64,000 bases of DNA from Candidatus Nomurabacteria bacterium. Lineage in GTDB: Bacteria; Patescibacteriota; Minisyncoccia; Phycocordibacterales; UBA9973. This document shows positions 54,151 through 61,215 of the stretch, in pieces. How positions within the stretch are numbered: the first letter of the stretch is position 1; each line of letters begins with the position of its first letter. The DNA is taken from contig JAHFNJ010000001.1 of the NCBI GenBank assembly GCA_023267375.1, positions 21,878 through 85,877 on the forward strand. The letters run 5' to 3'. The position numbers were made by a program, and so were the translations under genes. A model generated the notes under the pieces. It had not been told where the DNA came from, ran no database searches, and worked only from the letters and a program-made list of their open reading frames with translations.

Positions 54151-54204
54151 TAACCTCAAATATTCTTATTTCATTCATTGTCTAATTAAATACCCCCTAC
54201 ATCT

Positions 54205-54927
54205 ATGAAGAAGTTCAATCCTTTAAGCTTCATGCTACAGGTAGCATGTGCTCTATTAGTAGCGTTCTTTATTCCAAAAGGAACTACTGCTCAGTACACA
54301 GAAGAAAAATCTGATACAACGGAACAAAGTCTGGATAGCACCAGCAACAAAAAACTGCCACCTCCTATCGAATACCACCCTCAGTACGTAAAAGAGAAGT
54401 TTGCACTGGAACTGAGTTTAGGAAGTTCCTTAAACAGCAAGCTGCTGCCAATTGATTACAGGCCAAACTGGTCAGCAAACGCTCTTATTTCATTAGGCAA
54501 GAGAGGGATAATTGTTGTCGGAATGCTTTCACAAGGAAACTATGTCCGCGCTGATCTCAAGAGTAACGCCGAAGATGAACTGAATGCTGATGCAGAAGCA
54601 ACAGCATTTGAAGTCTGCGTTGGAGGCAATATCCCAAAATCTACAACTTCTCTTATTCTGCAAAAAATTGCGGGAAGTGGTGGAAGATTTTTTTATGGTT
54701 TTGGTTTTGGACCAGCAACGACCGGATTCTATCCCGCAACACATACGGGATTAGAATTGATCTTAACCACAAACCTTACCCCGAGAGCCAAGTATGCTTT
54801 TAATCCACTTATTGGATATATAAAATCATTCTGGGACTCGTACGAGAGTACACACGGAGCAGCAGCTCCTCGAAAAAATGATGCATCGTACCTGTACTTT
54901 GGTTTCCGATTTGGAGTTACGGGATAA
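54205..54927 (+). CDS. Secreted orphan protein with a beta-barrel-like pattern (stand-alone cassette)
   Basis: Signal peptide ending TTA-Q, amphipathic G/aromatic strands, C-terminal YLYFGFRFGV. Confidence 0.65.
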   Translation: MKKFNPLSFMLQVACALLVAFFIPKGTTAQYTEEKSDTTEQSLDSTSNKKLPPPIEYHPQYVKEKFALELSLGSSLNSKLLPIDYRPNWSANALISLGKRGIIVVGMLSQGNYVRADLKSNAEDELNADAEATAFEVCVGGNIPKSTTSLILQKIAGSGGRFFYGFGFGPATTGFYPATHTGLELILTTNLTPRAKYAFNPLIGYIKSFWDSYESTHGAAAPRKNDASYLYFGFRFGVTG

Positions 54928-54981
54928 AACTTCATTGTGTAAAAACAAAAAGCGGCCGTGCATAACGGCCGCTTTTTTTAT

Positions 54982-56094
54982 TTAAATTTTGAATTCGATT
55001 ACATCTCCATCTTTCACGATATATTCCTTCCCTTCCGTTCGCACTTTTCCTTTGGCGCGAGCTTCTCCGTATGAACCAGCATCGAGTAGATCTTTCCAAA
55101 AAACAACTTCGGCACGAATAAATTTATCCTTGAAGTCGGTATGGATTGCCGTACCAGCGATTGGCGCAGTGCTCCCCTTCTTGATGGTCCACGCGCGAGT
55201 CTCGTCTTCGCCTGTGGTGAAATAAGTATCAAGTCCAAGCAGTTTGTACCCCTCACTAATCAGATCATTGATACCATCATGTTCTCCGCCCATTTCTTTA
55301 CGGAACATATCTTTTTCTTCACCTTCAAAATCTTTAAGTTCGTCTTCAATCTTTGCATCGAGCACCACATACCGCGCACCAGTTGAAACGATATAATCAG
55401 TCAGCTCTTTGAAGAGTTCCGGGTTTGATTCATCGAGATTCTTTGATCCGCCTCGCTTATTCAATCCATAGAGAATCGGTTTGATAGTAAGCAAATTAAA
55501 TTGCTTCGCGCGTATAGCTTCTTTTTCATCAAGCACCACCGTGTTTGCCATCTGTTCTGCTTCAAGAGCTTGGAGTATTTTTTCAAGCACCACATTTTCA
55601 GCAATAGCTTCTTTGTCTCCCCGCTTCACATCGCGAGAAATATTCGCTATGCGTTTTGAGACTGTTTCAAGATCTGAAAGAATGAGTTCGAGATTAATTA
55701 CTTTAATATCACGGAGTGGATCAATGTCACCGTAGACATGCATAACATCGTTTCCTTTTTCTGCCTTTAGTGGAAAAATACGCACCATTTCAAAAATAGC
55801 ATCTGTCTCGCGAATATTGGCAAGAAATTTATTCCCAAGTCCTTCACCTTTCGAGGCGCCTGCAACTAGACCTGCAATATCAACAAATTCGATGGCTGCA
55901 GGAATTGTCTTTGCTGATTTTGAAAAAGTAGAAAGCTTCCAAAGACGTTCATCGGGTACCGCCACAATACCCACTGATGGATCAATAGTGCAAAATGGAT
56001 AGTTTTCAGCCGGCACCCCTTTCTTTGTTAGGGCATTAAAAAGCGTCGATTTACCGACGTTTGGAAGACCTACGATTCCTATTGATAGTGACAT
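54982..56094 (-). CDS. ychF: Ribosome-binding ATPase YchF
   Basis: GIVGLPNVGKSTLFNALT, NYPFCTIDP, DIAGLV.GAS.GEGLGNKFL, EGKEYIVKDGD. Confidence 0.98.
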   Translation of the reverse strand: MSLSIGIVGLPNVGKSTLFNALTKKGVPAENYPFCTIDPSVGIVAVPDERLWKLSTFSKSAKTIPAAIEFVDIAGLVAGASKGEGLGNKFLANIRETDAIFEMVRIFPLKAEKGNDVMHVYGDIDPLRDIKVINLELILSDLETVSKRIANISRDVKRGDKEAIAENVVLEKILQALEAEQMANTVVLDEKEAIRAKQFNLLTIKPILYGLNKRGGSKNLDESNPELFKELTDYIVSTGARYVVLDAKIEDELKDFEGEEKDMFRKEMGGEHDGINDLISEGYKLLGLDTYFTTGEDETRAWTIKKGSTAPIAGTAIHTDFKDKFIRAEVVFWKDLLDAGSYGEARAKGKVRTEGKEYIVKDGDVIEFKI

Positions 56095-56165
56095 GGGAGA
56101 AATATAACAGAAAAACCCTTTCTACTCAATGAGGAGAAAGGGTTTTTCTTATTATTATTTTTTTA

Positions 56166-59100
56166 TTACAACCCCAATGCTTGCAGTATCGCTGCCCAGG
56201 TTACTGGACCAACAACACCATCAACCGGAGCAAGACCTTTTGCAGCTTGGAATGCTTTCACCGCTGCTTCGGTCTGTAATCCGAAGTATGCATTTTCATT
56301 ACCAGGAGAACCGCCACCAGTTGTTGAAACGATGAATCCCAATTTGTTGAGTGATTGCTGAAGGAACATTACATCAGGACCGGTTGATTTGTATTTCAAT
56401 ACTCCAGTGTATGGATGACCGTTTGATGATGCTCCTGCATTACTGTTCCCTGATGGAGGAGTAACGCCAGCACACGACTGACCGGTTGATGGAGAGAAGA
56501 GGAAGCCTGCAGCACAGTCTGTTGGAGGGGTTGCTGGGGTTGCAGGAGGAGTTACTTTTGGACGTGATGATCCTCCACCGCCTCCACCACTAATGCTGGT
56601 GCCAGACGATGACTTATTAAATGTTGCAGTGCAGGTCTTGTCATCATCCATTGTAATTGTAATCGTCGCATTTGTACTTGAAGAACAGCCAGACCAATTC
56701 TTGAACGTAGATTTTGCTGCCGCTACTGCATAGAGTGTTACTTCTGTACCATCATCATAATCAGGTCCTTCTGGGTCAACATGGATAGTGCCTGTGCCAT
56801 TTCCTGAAGTATTGGTAGTTAAAGTAAATTGTTCAGGACCAGTCGAAACAAATGTTGCATGAATAGAATGGTTACCAGTAACATCTGTAAATTCATACGT
56901 TGTAACTGCGCCAACAGAAACATCATCTACAGTTACATCATCAATTGCGTATCCTTCGCTTGGAGCTACTGTAAAGGATTGGTCATCTCCTTCTGCAACG
57001 GACACCACTCCACTTGGAGTGACTGTTCCATTACCACCAGTTGTAGCGGTAATGTGATGCGTTTGAACGAGTGTAGGATAATCACCAACATTTGTTTTCC
57101 ATATGGTGTCAAAATTCCAGCTACCATTATCAAATGGATGATTAGCGGTGACGTCGCCGAAGAAATAGTTTGCACCAAGGGCAACAGGCGCGTTCACTCC
57201 TTCACATTCACCTGCAGTATCGTTTGCAACAGGAGGATCGATCCAGTCAGTAAATATCGAACAATGATCCTGTCCACTTCGATCTATATCGTAATAGTTA
57301 TTTGAGAGAGTTGCGCCATCATCATTTTCACCGAGAAAGCCGGCAGTAAAGATTCCAAATCCGGAAACTTCTTCAACTGCACCAGCAGAGAAACTGTTTG
57401 AGATAGTACCGCCTTCAGTTTCACCCACAAGTCCGCCGACTTCAGATTCAGTTTCTTGAACATCTGTTTCTAAATCTTCATCCCACATAAGCAACCCTGT
57501 AAGATCTCCCGTTACATCACCAGAAGCATATGAGTGGTCAATAATTGTTTCGTCAGCAAACCCTACGAGGCCACCAACCGAACGTGTTCCTGAAACATCA
57601 CCACTCGCATAAGAGTTATCGATTGTAAGAACACCTTCTGAATCTCCAATAAGACCTCCGGTATCCTGACCTCCAGTAACATCACCAGTCGCATATGAAG
57701 TGGTAATAGTTGTATCATCATCTGCTCCACCTATAAGTCCACCGAATCCATAGTAATCATTATCAATTTGAGATGTTATATTACCAGTTGCATGAGAATC
57801 AGTAATATTCACAGTTACTAAATCACTCGTCCACCCAACTAAGCCACCCAAATACTCATAGATACTTGAAACATCATTTGTTGCATAGCTTTGATCAATG
57901 TTTACTGTTGTTGGATTTTCACCCCACCACCAACCTGACTCTACTGAACCGAGTAGTCCACCAGCGTATCCTTCATCAATACTACCAAGTTCATCTGACG
58001 CGCCAATATCTCCCACAGCATTTGAGTTGGTAATGTTTATAACTTGGTGACCTCCACTATTTATCGAATAACCTATAAGCCCACCGATAGAGGAACTTCC
58101 AATTTCAATCGGAACGTCACTATAACTATCAGTTACGGTGAGCGTATTTGTTTCACCTGTATCGCCACCTGTATAAAATTCTCCTATCAATCCTCCAATG
58201 TATTCACCATCTTCTGTTGTACTTGAGATGGTTCCTGTAGCGCTACTTCCATCAATCACTGCTGTTGCTTGATCATTAAGTTCAATTTCACCAATAAGAC
58301 CTCCAGCGTAACCTTCTGGTGCGGTAACCACGTTCCCACTTTCATTAGTCCATGAACTATCAGTTATAGTAAGCTCATCTCCATTTTCAACATTAGCATA
58401 ACCAATTAGTCCGCCAACTTCCTCATTACCTGTAACATCTTCAGTTGAAGTACTATTTTCTATAGTAATGTCAGCATCGTATATTTCACCTAAAAATCCA
58501 CCTATACCATAAGATTCACTTGTATTTGTAATAACATTTGCAGAATTTGTACTATCAGTAATCGTTATTGCTCCACTATTATTATCATCCCCATCATACT
58601 CTCCGATAAATCCACCCACTCCCTCTCCATTACCTGTTGTAACTGCTCCCTGATTTGTTGCATCATCAAAATTAATAGTAAAAGGTATATCCTCTGAGTA
58701 TGCATGTCCGATGAAGCCACCTATATAATAATTCCAAGTAGTACCCTCATTATCTGTGGCAGTTACACTTGCATTATTGTAACTCTCTCCTTCTATACTT
58801 ATAGAACTATTACGAGAATCTACTTGCCCAATAAATCCTCCAAGACTGTATATATCGTTACCACTTGAAGTACTACCAATACTTCCATCAACATAACTAT
58901 TATCTACAGTAATCACGCTGTTATAACGGATTATAGAATAACCTATAAGTCCACCGATATACCCACTATTTGTAGCAGAAATATTTACGTTAGCATCTGA
59001 ATCTGAAATAGTTACATTACTTCCAAAGCGCTGCTCCAATCTTCCAAACATTCCACCTAAATTATTCTGACCATCATCTACTGAAAGCTGTCCTTCGGTG

Positions 59101-60566
59101 CCATAATTTACGGAAGTATTTGAAACCGTGAGTGTTGCTCCGTGGTATGCATCTCCATATCCAACAAGACCACCGACATCATAATTACCGTGCACAGCTC
59201 CATCAACTCCACCAACAATAGTATCTGAAATAGTTAAAGAAGAATCGTAATACATCTCGTATCCTCCTATAAGACCACCGACATCACTATCCCCAGTTAA
59301 ATGAAGATTACTTGTACTGTTTGTTATTGAAAGCAAACTATCACGTGCATCCCAGTATCCAACAAATCCTCCTATATCACTCCACGCACTATCAATTGTT
59401 CCATCGGCACTTGTATCATCTATGTAAACACTACCTGCGGAAGATTCCCAATAATCATCATTGTTAACATAACCAATAATTCCACCAACATCATATATAT
59501 TATCTCCATTGCCAATATCTACAGTGGCATGAGAACCGCCATTAATAACAAGTGAACCACCACGATACTGTTCTACTTCTCCAACAAGTCCACCAATATC
59601 ATATCCTGGAATTATTCCACCTTCATCTATAAGTACATTAGTATCTACGTTTGTAAGCGTGAGAACAGAACCACCAGATTCAATATCTGCATAACCGACA
59701 GCTCCACCCAATTCTCCTTGACCATTTATAGTTGCCTCTCCATCCCCCCAAGAAGTGTCACTAAGAGTAGCTTTTGCCGAGGAATCAAGATATACATAAC
59801 CAATAAGTCCCCCAACATCATTACTACCTGACGCAACATCACCAGTTACCACTACATCATCAACAGTAAGACTCGCATTATTGGACATATTTACATATCC
59901 AATAAGTCCACCTGTTGCCCAACCATCATTCGTGACATTCACCGATACAGATCCTCCTGTTATTGAAACAGCACTACTTGCAGCATCCCCATATACTTCT
60001 CCGACAAGTCCACCGATATAGTAGTTTACTCCATGAACAGTTCCGCTTGCTGACACATTTTCAACCGTTGAATCATATTGAAGGTACCCAGCAAGTGCTC
60101 CGATATTATAAGCTCCACTCATATTAACGTCTGTAAGTGTAAAATCATGAATATATGCACCATTATTTGTATCACTGAAAAGTCCTACACCATCCTCACC
60201 TGGACGATTTATATATAAGCCAGTAATTGTATTACTGTTTCCGTCCAAGGTTCCAGAGAAATTTTCAAGTGGAGAAAAACCATAAAATCCACCTTCTCCA
60301 TTATCATTCCAGGTGGTTGTACCCGAACAATTAATAACTCCTTCGCCACCATTTAATTGATAGTAAACTCCTGGAGCTACATTGTTACCAATTGCTTGCA
60401 ATTCTTCACACGTAGTAATGAGATAAGGATTATCGGCAGTACCATCGGGATCAGCAAACGATGTTTTTGGGTAGACAGCAACCAAGGTAACTAGCACTAT
60501 CGCAAAAATTCCCGTTGGAACAAATGAAAACTTCCTGAATTTTTTAAAAAAGTTTGTGGTAATCAT
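56166..60566 (-). CDS. Large secreted surface protein: GLUG-like repeats, two beta-sandwich repeat domains and a C-terminal peptidoglycan-binding domain
   Basis: Signal peptide, GT.DNPYLITTCEELQ, more than 20 (I/V)GG(L/F)(V/I)G repeats, C-terminal G.DV..LQ..LN..G...YFG..T..AV..FQ...GL..DGVVGP.T. Confidence 0.85.
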   Translation of the reverse strand: MITTNFFKKFRKFSFVPTGIFAIVLVTLVAVYPKTSFADPDGTADNPYLITTCEELQAIGNNVAPGVYYQLNGGEGVINCSGTTTWNDNGEGGFYGFSPLENFSGTLDGNSNTITGLYINRPGEDGVGLFSDTNNGAYIHDFTLTDVNMSGAYNIGALAGYLQYDSTVENVSASGTVHGVNYYIGGLVGEVYGDAASSAVSITGGSVSVNVTNDGWATGGLIGYVNMSNNASLTVDDVVVTGDVASGSNDVGGLIGYVYLDSSAKATLSDTSWGDGEATINGQGELGGAVGYADIESGGSVLTLTNVDTNVLIDEGGIIPGYDIGGLVGEVEQYRGGSLVINGGSHATVDIGNGDNIYDVGGIIGYVNNDDYWESSAGSVYIDDTSADGTIDSAWSDIGGFVGYWDARDSLLSITNSTSNLHLTGDSDVGGLIGGYEMYYDSSLTISDTIVGGVDGAVHGNYDVGGLVGYGDAYHGATLTVSNTSVNYGTEGQLSVDDGQNNLGGMFGRLEQRFGSNVTISDSDANVNISATNSGYIGGLIGYSIIRYNSVITVDNSYVDGSIGSTSSGNDIYSLGGFIGQVDSRNSSISIEGESYNNASVTATDNEGTTWNYYIGGFIGHAYSEDIPFTINFDDATNQGAVTTGNGEGVGGFIGEYDGDDNNSGAITITDSTNSANVITNTSESYGIGGFLGEIYDADITIENSTSTEDVTGNEEVGGLIGYANVENGDELTITDSSWTNESGNVVTAPEGYAGGLIGEIELNDQATAVIDGSSATGTISSTTEDGEYIGGLIGEFYTGGDTGETNTLTVTDSYSDVPIEIGSSSIGGLIGYSINSGGHQVINITNSNAVGDIGASDELGSIDEGYAGGLLGSVESGWWWGENPTTVNIDQSYATNDVSSIYEYLGGLVGWTSDLVTVNITDSHATGNITSQIDNDYYGFGGLIGGADDDTTITTSYATGDVTGGQDTGGLIGDSEGVLTIDNSYASGDVSGTRSVGGLVGFADETIIDHSYASGDVTGDLTGLLMWDEDLETDVQETESEVGGLVGETEGGTISNSFSAGAVEEVSGFGIFTAGFLGENDDGATLSNNYYDIDRSGQDHCSIFTDWIDPPVANDTAGECEGVNAPVALGANYFFGDVTANHPFDNGSWNFDTIWKTNVGDYPTLVQTHHITATTGGNGTVTPSGVVSVAEGDDQSFTVAPSEGYAIDDVTVDDVSVGAVTTYEFTDVTGNHSIHATFVSTGPEQFTLTTNTSGNGTGTIHVDPEGPDYDDGTEVTLYAVAAAKSTFKNWSGCSSSTNATITITMDDDKTCTATFNKSSSGTSISGGGGGGSSRPKVTPPATPATPPTDCAAGFLFSPSTGQSCAGVTPPSGNSNAGASSNGHPYTGVLKYKSTGPDVMFLQQSLNKLGFIVSTTGGGSPGNENAYFGLQTEAAVKAFQAAKGLAPVDGVVGPVTWAAILQALGL

Positions 60567-60571
60567 AGTAA

Positions 60572-61033
60572 TTATTGTTGCGCCGGAGCAATAATATCTG
60601 CTAATGCTGTCTCATAGTTTTCAAGTTGATCAATGGTTGTAGTAGATTGAATATTTTCCTTGAGTGCCTGGAGTTGCGAAATTAAACCACTACTTGATTG
60701 AATTGTTTTTTTTGTACCATTTTGATGAATCGATAGTGCTTGAATGCTTGCAATTTTTGTATTACGAGCATCTTCTGATTGAAGATGTCTGATAACACGC
60801 TCCACATTCAAAATCTCGCGCGCTTTTTCAGCAACAAACCGAGATGTTGACTGTGCTAAACGCGCATCTTGTGGGTGTCGTGCGCTAAATGAAGTAGCCT
60901 GGCGAGATTTCGCGGCAGTCTCATTCCTCGTTGCATGGTCCGATGCTTTTGATGCCTGCGCCGTATGTATCGAAAAAATGCCAATACCAACAAGTAGTAC
61001 GGCAGAGATAATTAAAAAAGTATATTTTTTCAT
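60572..61033 (-). CDS. Hypothetical secreted protein
   Basis: MKKYTFLIISAVLL...AQA signal peptide. Ends 5 bp upstream of the large surface protein gene. Confidence 0.7.
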   Translation of the reverse strand: MKKYTFLIISAVLLVGIGIFSIHTAQASKASDHATRNETAAKSRQATSFSARHPQDARLAQSTSRFVAEKAREILNVERVIRHLQSEDARNTKIASIQALSIHQNGTKKTIQSSSGLISQLQALKENIQSTTTIDQLENYETALADIIAPAQQ

Positions 61034-61215
61034 AGCAAAAAACATTTAACACAACACTTTTGAGCGCTGCGTAATTAATTCATAATAAATAAAACTTCAA
61101 CTCTTATATTTTAAGTGTTCTCGAACTATTTGTCATTATTTTATGGGGATAACTCGCACACAAAGAGCACGCAATCTCTGCGTATGCAACAAAGTAAGTA
61201 GATCAATGATCTACA

